A DNA stretch of 64,000 nt from Negaprion brevirostris. Lineage: Eukaryota. Under the pieces are notes generated by a model. It ran no database searches and was not told the origin of the DNA. It was given only the letters and a program-made list of their open reading frames with translations. This document shows, piece by piece, positions 12,950 through 25,830 of the stretch; position 1 is the first letter of the stretch; each line of letters starts with the position of its first letter. Both the position numbers and the translations under genes were made by a program. The stretch lies in NCBI GenBank assembly GCA_030324005.1, contig JARDVH010000099.1:49871120-49935119 (forward strand). The letters run 5' to 3'.

Positions 12950-14355
12950 AAACGGCTGAATTTCAGAGGTGATGACAGTGTGACTGCGCTTGACATCGAA
13001 GCAGCAATTGACTAAATGTAGCAAAATCGAAATCTGAGAATCAGCTCTCCATTGGCTGGAGCCATACTTCACATATAGGAGGATGGTTGTGGAAACCAAT
13101 TATCTCAGTCCCAGAATCTCGCTGCAGGAGTTCCTCATGGCAATGTTCTAGTAGCTTTATCAATAACGATCCCTCAAGAACTGAAAATACTTTTTGATAG
13201 TTATGCAGTTTTCAGCTCCGTTCATATTGCCTCAGATAATGAAAGCAGTCTGTGCCTGCATGCCGCAAGTAAAGCTTGGACTAGTGAGTGTCCAGTAGCG
13301 TTCACATCACAAGTGCCAGGCACTGACCATCTCCATCAAGGAAAAATCTTCATACCTCCCTGGATATTCAATGGACAGGCCTCTTATAATCAAAATCCTG
13401 GGAATTGCCAATTTATTCATTCGTAGGTTATGGGCATCGCTGGCTGGCCAGCATTTATTGCCCATCCTTTGAACAGAGTGGCTTGCTAGGTCATTATAGA
13501 GGGCAGTTGAGTCAACCATATTGCTGTGGCTCTGATGTCACATGTAGGCCAGACCAGGTAAGGACAGCAGATTTCCTTCGCTAAAGGATATAAGTGAATC
13601 AGATGGGATTTTCTGATAGTCGACAATGGTTTCACGGTCAATTCCAGATAGTTTTTACTAAATTCACGTTCCACAACCTGCCGTGGTGGGATTCAAACCC
13701 AGGTCTCCAGAACATTAGTTCAGTTTCTGGATTAATAGTCTAGTGATAATGCCACAAGGCCATCGCCTCCCCCTAATCCTTAACCAGATAGCCAGAGTGG
13801 TGACACAAACAGGCCAGAAAGTGGGTATTTTATGGCAAATGACTCATTTNNNNNNNNNNATTAGTCCATAAAGCCTTTCCACCATCTATAAGCCACAAGC
13901 CAAGAAAGCGATGGAATACTCTCCACTTACTAGAAACTCAACACAGCCCAAGATAAAGCAGCCCGCTTGATTGGCACTTCAACCAACATGCAAAATGTCT
14001 ATTCCCTCCTAAACTGCCCATTGTAAATGCAGAGTGTACCATCTACAAAATGACAATACCTCCAAACCTGCAGTTTCCACTACCCAGGAAGCTCAAGGAC
14101 AGCAGGTGTGTGGGAATAATAGAATGTGCAAGTCACTCTCCAGGCCACATACCATGCTGACTTGGAACCATATTGATGGTCTTTCATTTCTTTTGGATCA
14201 AAACAGTGAAACTCCCTCCCCAACAGCACTGAGCATCCCGTCATGTAACAAACTGTAGTGGTTCAAGAAGCGAGCTCTTTGACGCAGTTAGGAATGGACA
14301 TTAAATGCTTGTTTTGCCAGCAATGCATACATCTAAGAATGAATAACAAAAAAAA
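12950..14355 (+). mobile_element. tRNA-headed CR1-group LINE family: decayed RT and 3' end, interrupted by a SINE
   Basis: gtgactgcgcttgacatcgaagcagca (VTALDIEAA) and gcaggagttcctcatggc (AGVPHG). Tail taaatgcttgttttgccagcaatgc...gaatgaataacaaaaaaa. Confidence 0.8.
13411..13773 (-). mobile_element. tRNA(Ser-like)-headed SINE carrying this LINE family's 3' tail
   Basis: Reverse complement gives A box tggccttgtgg, a long-variable-arm hairpin ccagaaac...gttctgg, B box ggtttgaatccc, and tail gggcaataaatgctggccagccagcgatgccc...gaatgaataaa. Homologous to 62500-62830. Confidence 0.9.
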
Positions 14356-15779
14356 ATTCTCCTTAAATGAAGGAATCTTTGTACGCAAAGGAAATTCGAG
14401 TGCATGCAAGGAGTTAAATGTCATAGAAGTCAAGATCCTGGCATCATCCAGGTTTCAGTCAGGTGGATTTGAAGTTGAACAAGGAAGGCAGTTAAATATT
14501 CAAATCTGTAACTGAGTGCTGTTTTAACCAAGCCTCCTGGCTTTAATATTCAGCTCATTTATTTACAAGTTGTCAGCAACTTGCCAGGAACAACCATGCA
14601 GATGTAAAATGGGACGTACTACTTTTGGTGAAACTCAGCTGGGAAGCCTTCGAACAGTGAAAATCTGAAGAGCTGCAGCCATGTCCAGGTGAAAAATGGT
14701 TGCTCATGCTTACCNNNNNNNNNNGAGTACTTTCACAGCTTCATAGGTGATTGCCAATTTCTTGGAAGACCTTTTTGGTTGTCTTGCACTTTACTCAATT
14801 TCAGCTGTACTATCCTGCTGCTAATCTGCATCATCATTTATTTGGCTCTACCTTGCATCTCTTATGTCAGTAGCAGCACCAGCTGTCTTTGCCTCAGCTA
14901 CATGTCTTTCCACAGGGCAGAGGGGATGGAAATAGAGAACAGGCTCCTATGAGGCAAGGCCCCAACATAGGATCTACCAGCAAAGGATCAACTGTATCAA
15001 AGTGTCTGAACCTCAGTGTCTCAGGCAGTTCAGGCTTCCACAGCATATCATTGATATTTACACCTCCTGGAATAAGACCATCTTTCCAGTGGGCCTGGTT
15101 GAGTGCCCATCAAGGTGCCTGTTACTTGCTGCCATCTGTATAAGAGCATTCACTGCATTCCTCCATATCTCTTAGCCGAACTCCAGCTAAGAGACCCAGG
15201 GAGCAGCCTTCCCAAATTTGATCTCCATTCCTGCCTTTGCTGCAGGTGAGCCATTCTAGCTCTGGCTGTGGTCCCTTTAATTATGAATTCTTGCTCTCTC
15301 AGATCTGGCTAATGCCCCAGCTCTGGTAAAGAGCCAAGGCAAAGCCCATTGTTGATTCTGGCGCATTTCTGATCTGCCGGTTTTCCGGTGCTGGCAGCAA
15401 TGGTTGAAAAATCAGGCCACTTTGTGCCTGGTGGAGCAGAGGAGTGCAAATGGCCCAGTATGATGTGAATGTTTTTAGAACCATTCACAACTCCATTTGC
15501 TAATTCAGATATTGGACCATGGAGTTCTTCAAATAGAAAAGACACTCTAGCCTTTTCTCCACCTTGTGTCTTGGGTGCACTTTATTTCAGACCAAATGCA
15601 GCTTTATAATTGAATGAGTGAACTGTCGCTTGCAATGGGTTATGCTGGATTGCTACCGTCCATAAATGAAATATGTGGGAAATCAGAAATATAAATGACT
15701 TATTTATTCTTGCCCATATGTTTGCTTGTCATTAAACAGGAGATGTTTGGTCAGTCTTCTGTTTGAAAAGCCTTTAAAG

Positions 15780-16410
15780 TTTAGGATAATTGACACTTTT
15801 ATTGTGCTGCAGTAAAAAATAGTTTTTTAGAAACTAAGTGGAAAGATATCAATTAAAAACTTTTTTAAAGCTTTTCTTGTCACAATAGGAATCATACATT
15901 CTTTGCAGTGCATAGTGCATGAATAGTCACCAAAGCCATAGCTTGGTATGGTGACATAAGGGTTCCATATATTACCATATGTCTGTGGGGCATACCTTAG
16001 CATGGGGATCAATAGAAGCCATAGTGTATAGGTGTTGGGTATAGCTTGGCAAGAGGAGGCATAGGGAATGTGTGGGGGATATATCTTGGCATAGAGTGTA
16101 TGAGAGGCCATTGGTGGGTGGATAGAGGACATGGTGTGACATAGATGGTGGTATGGGAGTGTGAGAGGACTGGAAAACATTTCTGTTTTTATTATAAATG
16201 GGACAAGTTCCACAGCACCAGAGCAGGCCTTTTGACCAACCTGCCTCAGCATCCGAACTTGTTTGCAGGTCGACTGCCTGTCTGCACACCCACTTGCCCC
16301 TGTCCTAGAGAATGAAATTCCCATCTTTGCAAGAACTTTCTTCTGAGGTAGCTAGGCAAAGCTGGGAATATTCCCTTCCCCTGCTACCCGGCCCTGAAAA
16401 TCCAGTGACT
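15780..16410. mobile_element. Old non-autonomous DNA-transposon-like repeat
   Basis: G-rich ggcata/ggcatg tract, then gggacaagttccacagcacc...ggccttt, ending ctgaaaatccag; homologous to 17256-17700. Confidence 0.45.
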
Positions 16411-16824
16411 TGAGATGCTTAGTGGCCCTGCATTGACAGTAATTTACATTGTGGTGCTTGTGGCCTTAAGGAACAACTACTTCCAAATGTTATGAAACAA
16501 CAGCCTCCCTGACGTCCATTGGCAACGTTTCAACTGTGTGCCACTTTGCCATGTATTACTGTAGCAATGCAGCTCTATCACCAGGTACCAGAGAAAAATA
16601 GTAGTGAATTAATCTCATTTAGCTTTCAAAACCATCTTGTACATCATGATCTTCTCCATATTATTTTGACATCTTTTAATATTAAGTACTTCCCTAATTG
16701 GCGAAGCAGCATTGATGTCTGGTTGCAGAGGGTAAAAAAGACATGTACATGTGACCAACCCTACTACAATCACAGGGGCCAGCAATCTCTGGAGCTGTAT
16801 TCGTTCTTGGAATGGTTTTAAGAA

Positions 16825-16905
16825 AGTTTATGTATTATTCACAAGTAGGCTTACATTAACACTGTAATGAAGTTACTGTGAAAATCCCCTCGATGCCACA
16901 TTTCA
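16825..16905 (-). mobile_element. HE1-like SINE type-B tail, cut by a gap
   Basis: cacaagtaggcttacattaacactgtaatgaagttactgtgaaaatcccc is the reverse complement of tail B. Confidence 0.85.
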
Positions 16906-17255
16906 NNNNNNNNNNNNNNNNNNNNNNNNNNNNNNNNNNNNNNNNNNNNNNNNNNNNNNNNNNNNNNNNNNNNNNNNNNNNNNNNNNNNNNNNNNNNNNN
17001 NNNNNNNNNNNNNNNNNNNNNNNNNNNNNNNNNNNNNNNNNNNNNNNNNNNNNNNNNNNNNNNNNNNNNNNNNNNNNNNNNNNNNNNNNNNNNNNNNNNN
17101 NNNNNNNNNNNNNNNNNNNNNNNNNNNNNNNNNNNNNNNNNNNNNNNNNNNNNNNNNNNNNNNNNNNNNNNNNNNNNNNNNNNNNNNNNNNNNNNNNNNN
17201 NNNNNNNNNNNNNNNNNNNNNNATAAACAATTCCTTCCTGCAATTCATAACCTCT

Positions 17256-17700
17256 AAGGGTGGGGTCATGGATTGGCATGAATTAGCATGGGGTTATAGG
17301 CAGTCATGGGGTAAGTAGAGGGGCATAGGCTGGCATGGAGAGTATGAGTGATCTTGGTGGAGGCATGAGTTGTTACGGTGGGCATGTGTGGACATAGTGA
17401 TGTCATGGAGAGTGGGTGAGGGGGGTGAGAGGTCTGGAGGGCCTTACCACATTTTTAAATAATAGGGACCAAGTTCCACAACACTAAGGTGGGCCTTTTA
17501 AGCAATTCACCACAACACTCAGCTGCCCCTGTTCCTACTTCCAGACTGCTTCTGGAGAGCAATGAGCCCAACTCCAGCACACATTGGACCACTGGAATTA
17601 AAATCCAGCAATTTAGAGTTGTTTTATCTGAAGTGGATGTGCAATTCCAGGAATTTTCCCAACCCTGCACCCACCTTGGGAGTGAATATCTGGGCCTAGG
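17256..17700. mobile_element. Old non-autonomous DNA-transposon-like repeat (same family as 15780-16410)
   Basis: ggcatg-rich tract, gggaccaagttccacaacac...ggccttt, ending gtgaatatctgggcc. Confidence 0.45.
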
Positions 17701-20270
17701 TGTTAGGTGAATGTAGAGATGCAGAATCACCTTAGGTGGAGGATGGAATTTATCCTGCTTTCATATAATATTCAGGAAAGTGATCAAAACAGTATAATGT
17801 CACTGTGTCCTCTTTCTGGCTGGAGATTTGGAAAAGGTGTTTATAGAGCAGCACACAGATCAACATTATTGTCATGTTGGAGCAGGAGAAATAGATGCAC
17901 AAAGGAAGGTTTATGTAAAGATACGTCCACACAGAATGTTACAAACATACAGAAGAAATGTTAATGAGGTTGCACCAAGTAAGACGTCAGAAGTGATGAA
18001 ACATTGAACTTCATATGTCTGGATGGAGGAGAGGTTATGAATTGCAGGAAGGAATTGTTTATGTCAAATCTTGCTACTCTTAGGCTTGTGCACAAAATTC
18101 TCAGACTAGGACAGCAGTGGGTAGCAAACATCGGAGATGGGTTCTCATATCTGGAGAATGGTGGATTCATTTAACATCAAAATGGCAAAGTATCTACAGA
18201 AGGGAACCAGCAGATATACACACAGTGCATATGGATTAGGAAACATAAAAACTGAGGCACTATCTATTAGTAAAGAAAGGTATAGTGGTGGGTAGGGGTA
18301 GCAGCAACAATAAAGCTCAATATGCTATTTTCCACTTGCAATATTTTTGAGGTATTAATGGGTCAGCTATTAAAGAGGCAAAAAAATACAATTGTCCCTT
18401 ACAGACTACACCACAAGTTTCCATATCAATCCACCCAGTATCCAATGTGAAGTGACCTTGGAGGCCGTGCTGAGATAAAATAAAGTTCTAAACATTGATT
18501 ACAGACTTTATAGAAAGAAAATTCCAATTCATTATATTTAAATCCCTCCCAGTACTTAATTCCTTATAAAAGCAATCATTGTATTCATAACCCCACATCA
18601 AAGACAGCTAATCCTTTAGTAACCTCTTGGAGCTGTCAGTCAAACTGTGATCTTGGAAGGCCCCACCGTGATAAGTTGTGGAAGCAATCAAGCAGTAATA
18701 ATACTATAGTTAATGCTTTCAGGCTGTTAACAAACAGCTGTCGAAATTGAAAATGTCATCTTTTATAAAAACTCTTGAGATAAAGCAAGCTGTTTCTCTT
18801 CAAAATTTAAAGAGCAATGAATTTAAATAACTTGACAGTTTGGTAGTTCCACAGACCTTAGCCCACTTTTACGCACATTCACATCTGCTCTTAAAAATCA
18901 TAAATCTCTCTCTGCAGAAAACTGACCTCACTCCAGCAAGAAATTAGCTCTATCTGAACTCAGCGCCAAGTTCAAATGACCCTGTTGAGTTTGGGGTTCC
19001 TATAAGTGTCAATTGCATCTCATCCCCTTTCCCACCTCTTCAGCAAAAATAGATCTGCTAGAAATGAGGTGATACTTCCAGATCTACGGACTCAGTGCCA
19101 TATTGGTTGAGGTTAAGTCTACATGAAAATTTGGCTCTAGACTTTTGCTGAAATAGTTTTTATGCGACTTTTGTTCTTTCTTTTTGTTGACAACTATTAT
19201 CTTGCACTGCATAGCCAGAGGTTTAGATCTGTTAAAATTAAAAGTGATTAGGTATCTCATTAGCTGCTTCAGAAGCATGGAAAACCCATATTACTAGTGC
19301 CGTGAGCTGTGATTGCCTATCCTTTGTTACTAGTTGGACTTGACGCTTAGAGTAATTTTGTTTGCTGATCCTTTCGTCACAGCAAAAGTATTTTATGTCT
19401 GTTTTTAATAAATTGAGGAACATCTCTTTATTAATAGCCATTCTGCATTTTACTGCCAGAAGAAGCATAAGAGAGAAACTTCCAAATTTCAGTTGCTGCT
19501 GCCAGGAATAAACTAGCTATAATGATCTGGTAATAAAAGACTATACACATTCTCCAAAGCTGTTAATGACTAATAAAAGTGGAAAACATCCAAATTGAAA
19601 CTGGCTTTGTATCTATATATGTTAAATTAAAAATGTTACATTCACACACGTTTCCTGTTAACTCAACTTGGCCTGAAAATTGGGCTGCATAAAGCGTCAA
19701 GTTTTCAGGTGCCGTGAAGCCTCCAGTCCACAAAATGCAGGCAGGAAGCAGGCACACATTTTCGGCCATTTTAGATAAACTCAATAAAGAGACATCCTTG
19801 ACCAAAGCTTAACGCTTGCTTGAGGGTCGCACTGCAGGACTGTTTAACATCTGAAGCAGCTCCTCACCTCCCCCCACCATCCTGGCAATATGGCAGACTG
19901 CACTCCAGAAACCAGCCTTGCAAATGCCTGCAACGAATATGTGTGGCTGGGCTGGTGATTGCACATTAAAACAACATTTCTCCTCCTTTCCAACCACAAG
20001 GTCCCCAACATCTAGGCTCCCTGTGCCCAGGATTCTCAGCCCTCAAGCCTAAATGTTGTGGGTTGCTACTGCTTCCTTCTGCACATCCAGGCTGTGAGTT
20101 GTCCCAACTAACGATCAGTCACCCTTCCTCCCCCTCCCAACCCTGAGGTGCATTATCTCTACCCCTTGAGTCTGTGGTCTTTCTCTGAGAACGTAAAATA
20201 ACTGTGGTCCACAACCACACTTGCAATGATCCAGTCTTCCTCAACTTGCCTTCTTGGACTCCTCCCACAG

Positions 20271-20342
20271 AGCTGTTCCTATTCGAATGAGGTCCAAGGT
20301 CCAATACCTGAAGTTGCTCGGACCTCTTCCATGCATGTGCAG
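20271..20342 (+). CDS. Candidate internal exon (72 bp), gene unidentified
   Basis: Pyrimidine-rich acceptor cttgccttcttggactcctcccacag, consensus donor CAG|gtaagt, length 3n, two open frames (SCSYSNEVQGPIPEVARTSSMHVQ or AVPIRMRSKVQYLKLLGPLPCMC). No homology recognised. Confidence 0.3.
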
Positions 20343-21741
20343 GTAAGTACCTGTTTCAATGGAATGCCCAAAATGAATTCTGTGAAATGTCTCCACTCTT
20401 GATGCCTTGTCACTTTTTACTGTTATAAATTGCTGGTTCATGTTTCTAGTGGACTTAGTACAGGTGAAATTTATCCCCATATTTTCAGTATATATATTTG
20501 AAATGGAAGAACATAAAATATTACTGTGAAGGGAGACGAAAACAGGATTAGAGTAGATAGAATAGAACTGGCACATACATGGGTATGATAGCCTAATTAG
20601 TTTCTTTCTATCCTATAATTTCTATGAATCATAACAGTGTTATGGAACACCAACAGATGCCCATGGTTTATGTAACCGCAGTGCATCTCCTCTTCTATCC
20701 TCACAATGAAATGAAAAATGTGCAGGACTCCAAACAGGAACTAGGATTTAGTGATCTTTGTCTCTGGCGAGGCCTGGGCTTTTCACTCCCCAGTTGTTTA
20801 GGGTGCATCTCTGCCAGACAGGACGTCTGTCCACACATTTGATTTTCAGCCTCAATGACAATTTGCATACTGGAGGCAGTTTCTCTAGTTTCTGCCAGAG
20901 GATAGATTTCTTGCACAGGAGGCCTTGAATATTTTTAGGAAAACCTTTTTGATCCCTGTCTTGGGTCCACTGTGCACGCACAACTCAAGTCACAAGCTGT
21001 GGCTGCCAGGAAAATATTTCATCTCCCTTCCATCAATCGTTTAGTGCCAACTGCCTGGATCAAACAGGGTAGACCTTTCCTCCAGCAGCATTGGAAATGG
21101 TGAGAACCATAAATGGTGTTGATATTCCCATCATTTGCATAGAGTTTACATATACTTGCCTACACATGCATCACTATATTCTCTGGCAGTGAGATTAGTC
21201 TTCCAGAAAAGTAGTGGAGCTATGACAGGGTATGCTCCTGATCACCTTTCCCTCCTGTTGCCCCAGGTGTGCCAGTAAAAATAACCAGCAGTGGAAAGCC
21301 AATGCCACTTTGTAAACAAAACCCATGCTATGGGCTGAGTGTAGCTTCACTGTGCAGCTTCTGACTGAAGGAGCTGATCTGTTGGGAAGTAAATTAACAA
21401 GTAAGGCAAATAGTGGCTCCTGTCTCCGTGAGAATGCAATGTGTTGTGCAGTGTCCCACATCTGTAGCACTGCTTTGTCATTTCCATCTTGGGTTGCAGA
21501 TCTGGAGGTGAGGCATGCTAAACTGGAAGAGGAGAAAAACCTCCTCGGAATGCAAAGTGCATGTCAGGTGCAATCCCTTTAAGAACCAGCAGCGTTATTG
21601 TCTGAATTATCTTTACTTCTCACAGGCAAGTCAGTTTGAGATTTTCCCAAGGTGAAAGTTTTACAATTGGTGACCTCATGTTCCTCCTTCTGACTTGCAT
21701 GCAAATTGGTTGCAGAGACCAAGGAAAAGAGGTAAAACAAG

Positions 21742-21756
21742 AAAGAGGAAGTGAAA
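21742..21756 (+). promoter_or_regulatory. PU.1/IRF composite (EICE) motif match
   Basis: aaagaggaagtgaaa is the full PU.1 consensus plus GAAA; motif match only. Confidence 0.25.
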
Positions 21757-21991
21757 AGTGGAGAGAGAGAGAAATGTAAATGAGCACATAGTGTAATAAA
21801 AAGAGGGGGAGGACTTGGAAACTGGGTGTGCAGTGAGTTCAAAATGTGCAGAACATTTGGAGGTTGGATACAGTGTTTCATCATGAAGAAGATGTGGTCC
21901 ATTCGCTAGCTATTATGCAAAGATCTAGTCCATTACACCAAAGGTTCAATCCCTATCTTTAAATTAAGCAAAGTTTAAGGTGGGGGAACTT

Positions 21992-22129
21992 GGGGTGGGA
22001 TTTTTTGGCCACGCTCACCCCAAAAGTGGAAAATACCACCCGAAGTCAGCAAACTTTTGCACCACCAACCGCCCCCTCCCAACCACCTGCGACGGTTTCC
22101 ACGGCTGGCGGGATGGGTAAATTCCACTC
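21992..22129. mobile_element. MITE (PIF/Harbinger-like TIRs)
   Basis: Imperfect TIRs ggggtgggatttt / gtaaattccactc, ~140 bp, GC-rich interior. Confidence 0.55.
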
Positions 22130-24079
22130 TTGGAGCCTTGACAGGATTGATGGGATGCATATATTCAGCACTCTAAATGGATATCAGATTTGGCAAAATT
22201 AGCATGCAGGTGTAACCTCTGTTTGCTGCACTGCACCAAAGTTTTTTTTCTGATGTTGGGATATAGTGAAAGTGGATCAGAATTTGATTGTGGGATTTGT
22301 TTTGTTGCCTGATTTATAGATTTTCTTGTCTTAGCCCTCCCTTCCTAAAGATGGTGCAGGATATTAGAATCAACAACAATGATCCTACAGACACTGCAAA
22401 TATAATGAAATGTGCCCTCTACTTATTATAGTACTTACATTCTTCTTATAGTATTGACCAAAGGTAGAGACCAAGTCTCAGAGGAGTTGTCATGTCTCTT
22501 TTCAAATCTCATTTTGCACCAAATACTTAACATTGGAGCATGAACGTATCATTCTCCTCCTTCTCCACCACCACCCCCCCCCACCCGCCAATCCCACTGC
22601 ACTCACCCTTGGGCCAGTTGAGGTCGCTGGGTGACCAATTTATGGCATTCTGCTACCACCTTTCAGATTTTACTTGTGATGGGCAGATGAGCAGCAGGTG
22701 TCCAGCCCACAATGTTACACCCGGACCAGTAGATGGGCAAAGGTGGGAGTGTCTCCTTCTTAGGAACCATTGTGTCCATCGGAGGCTACCACGCCNNNNN
22801 NNNNNNNNNNNNNNNNNNNNNNNNNNNNNNNNNNNNNNNNNNNNNNNNNNNNNNNNNNNNNNNNNNNNNNNNNNNNNNNNNNNNNNNNNNNNNNNNNNNN
22901 NNNNNNNNNNNNNNNNNNNNNNNNNNNNNNNNNNNNNNNNNNNNNNNNNNNNNNNNNNNNNNNNNNNNNNNNNNNNNNNNNNNNNNNNNNNNNNNNNNNN
23001 NNNNNNNNNNNNNNNNNNNNNNNNNNNNNNNNNNNNNNNNNNNNNNNNNNNNNNNNNNNNNNNNNNNNNNNNNNNNNNNNNNNNNNNNNNNNNNNNNNNN
23101 NNNNNNNNNNNNNNNNNNNNNNNNNNNGATTAAAGCCCAAGAGCCATTAAATCAGTGGTAGGTGAGCCAATCCTGCACAGGTGGGCTTGCCACCAACCTT
23201 GGTGATGGGAAGGGGGGAACCACTCCCAGTGTAAAGTCCAGCCCACAATTTAGTGGTGGTTAGCTTGATATTCAACCTGGCCATTTAGCAGCAACAGAAA
23301 ACTGCGTTGATAGAGCACTCCTCACATCAGTCTTTAAACAGATAAATGCATTCTGAATGAGCTGCAATTCATAGGGAGTGAAAGCAGATAAATTGATCAG
23401 GAAAGCATTTGCGAAGCTGACCTTCAAGCGATTTGCAATCTCCCATTGTGGCAGAAACATGAGGAAGCAGAGTTGTTTTTACCTTGGTCTTGACGACCAA
23501 ACAGAAGAAAATCAACTTGGGGTCAAACCATAGTCACCACTCGATCTCCATTGACCTGTGATGACAGTCAGGAAAGTTAATGGAATTGAACAGAGGCACA
23601 TGGAAACAAAACAATGCCTCCTGTTTTGCTTACATTGTTAGAAAAATTTTTGATTTGTTCAAGACTTGATATTGGTTAGGTAAATTTGGAAATAAAGTCC
23701 TGAAGTCGCACAGGTATCTTCAAATTTCAAGCACCTGAAATGAAAGAGAGGGATAAAGGTAAGCTATCAGTCAGAAGATAGAGCAATGAAAGGTGAATGG
23801 CTGGTGAAAGAAGTAAAAAGGGAGAAAGAGGATACATGTGCAATGTCTCCTCCAGTGTTGCCACTTGCCATGTCCATGTCTCTTCACCCTGCACAACAGC
23901 CAATGAGTGGCGTTGTCCATGGTGGCTGCATGCTGAATCATCCTAATAGGTTCCCAGCAAGAATTTTGCCTTAGGCCACGTGCACAGGTGTGTGCACCAC
24001 TTGCCCAGTCTCTTACCTACTCATTTTTGGAGATGGTTCAATTCTTGAGCCATAATGTCTGACATTTTGCAAAGGAAGC

Positions 24080-24237
24080 TCATTTAAAAAGTACTCGGAT
24101 CTTTATCTGAAATGCTGTAATCCACAAGGCTACAGACCAGGCGCTGGAAAATGGGATTAAAATGAGCGGCTAGTGTTCTTTCCTTTCAGCTGGCACAGAC
24201 AATGGGCTGAATGGCCTCTTTCTACACCATGGTTCTA
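24080..24237 (+). mobile_element. CR1 3' end fragment
   Basis: caaggctacagaccagg...tggcacagacaatgggctgaatggcctctttct is a CR1 3' UTR. Confidence 0.75.
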
Positions 24238-25272
24238 ACCCATGTTGCCATTTGCACTTGTTGCAGAGTAGTTTGTTCAGAGCTGACCACTTGTTTTTAC
24301 TGGGAAGGGGTTAAAGTGCGGATTGACTCCAGCTAGATTCTAATCCTAATTGCAGGTTAGTGGTTTTAAATTGGTGTATCTCATTCACTTTCATGGGCTC
24401 TGCCAGCTTAAGACAGCTGAGCACTGAGCATAATCGAGCTCCCGGACATCCAGTATTATTTAAAGTGGCAACACAAAGCTTTAATCAGGAAACCATACAA
24501 TCAGCAGCAAATTTAATGTCCCTTGTATTTCTGACCAAAGCGTATAAAAGTTGTGCAGTGTTTCAAAATGTAAAGATTACTTCAAGATACTTTTGAAATA
24601 TTTTCCTTACAGTTATCACCACTGCTGTTTTTTGTAGACTTTATGCAATATTTTGAACTTGGTACCCACATACGTCATGGAAATTATATCCTACCACCTT
24701 TCAAAGGAACAAAAACCTACTTAATCGTTCACATCCTAGTAGTTAGTTCAGTTTTGAGACAATTTGCAGTCTACTTGTGTTTTCTATGTACTCTCTCTTC
24801 ACATTTCATTGTGGATGTATACCAGTAAATGAGAAGTGAATGCACTGTGGAGAAACCAGTCGAGGGATATTGTGGCTTTGCTGTGGGCAATATTATAGGC
24901 ACTATATTACTGATGAACTTTCTCTCTGGTGCATACTTAACTCTTTATTTGCATCATCCTGAATTGCTGTGCACAGAATAATGTGAATTGTTGCTATTGT
25001 AATCCAGTAAAGAGAAATGGTTTTGCTTCTTTCAAAGAAGTGTGCAGGATTGCCTCAATTCATGTGCAGCTGTCAATTGGTTAGCATATGTTTAAGCCAG
25101 TCTTTGCTTATTGGTAATAAAAAAGCAAAAATGCTGGGAAAACTTAGCAGGTCAGGCAGCATTTTTGGAGAGAAACATTAATGTTTCAGGTAGAATGACC
25201 TTTTCATCAGAGCTGAAGAATGATAGAAATTTAAGAGTTGCCATTGCATCGTAAAATCTTTTGTTATTTAAT

Positions 25273-25830
25273 CACCGCTGCCCTCAGCGCCAGGGATCGG
25301 GGTTCGATTCCCGGTTTGGATCACTGTCTATGCAGAAGTCTGCACGTTCTTCCTGTGTCTGCATGGGTTTCCTCTGGGTGCTCCAGTTTCATAGAACATA
25401 GAACACTACAGCACAAACAGGCCCTTCGGCCCACGAGTTGTACCGATCACATCAACACCTACCANNNNNNNNNNNNNNNNNNNNNNNNNNNNNNNNNNNN
25501 NNNNNNNNNNNNNNNNNNNNNNNNNNNNNNNNNNNNNNNNNNNNNNNNNNNNNNNNNNNNNNNNGAAGTCTTGCATGGGGGACCTTATCAAACGCCTTGC
25601 TGAAGTCCATGTACACTACGTCCACGGCACTTCCTTCGTCAGTCTTTTGGACTGTGGAAGTTTCCTTCCACAGTCCAAAAGATGTGCTGCTTAGGTGCAT
25701 TGGCCATGCTAAATTCTACCCTCAGTGTACCCAAACAGGTGCCGGAGTGTGGCGACTGGGAGATTTTCACAGTAACTTCATTGGAGAGTGTCAGTGTAAG
25801 CCTACTTGTAATACTAATGAATAAACTTAA
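25273..25830 (+). mobile_element. HE1-like SINE (tail B) split by a CR1 insertion
   Basis: B box ggttcgattccc. V-domain interrupted at ctccagtttc and resumed at agtttccttccacagtcc. Tail B ends aataaactt. Confidence 0.9.
25391..25642 (-). mobile_element. Young 5'-truncated CR1 (mostly in a gap)
   Basis: Tail atagaacatagaacactacagc. RT motif DEGSAVDVVYMDFSKAFDKVPH on the - strand. 6-bp TSD agtttc at 25385-25390 and 25659-25664. Confidence 0.9.

Noticed and set aside
13680-13773. tRNA gene
   Set aside because: The acceptor stem is degenerate and the sequence continues into a SINE body and tail, so it is a SINE head.
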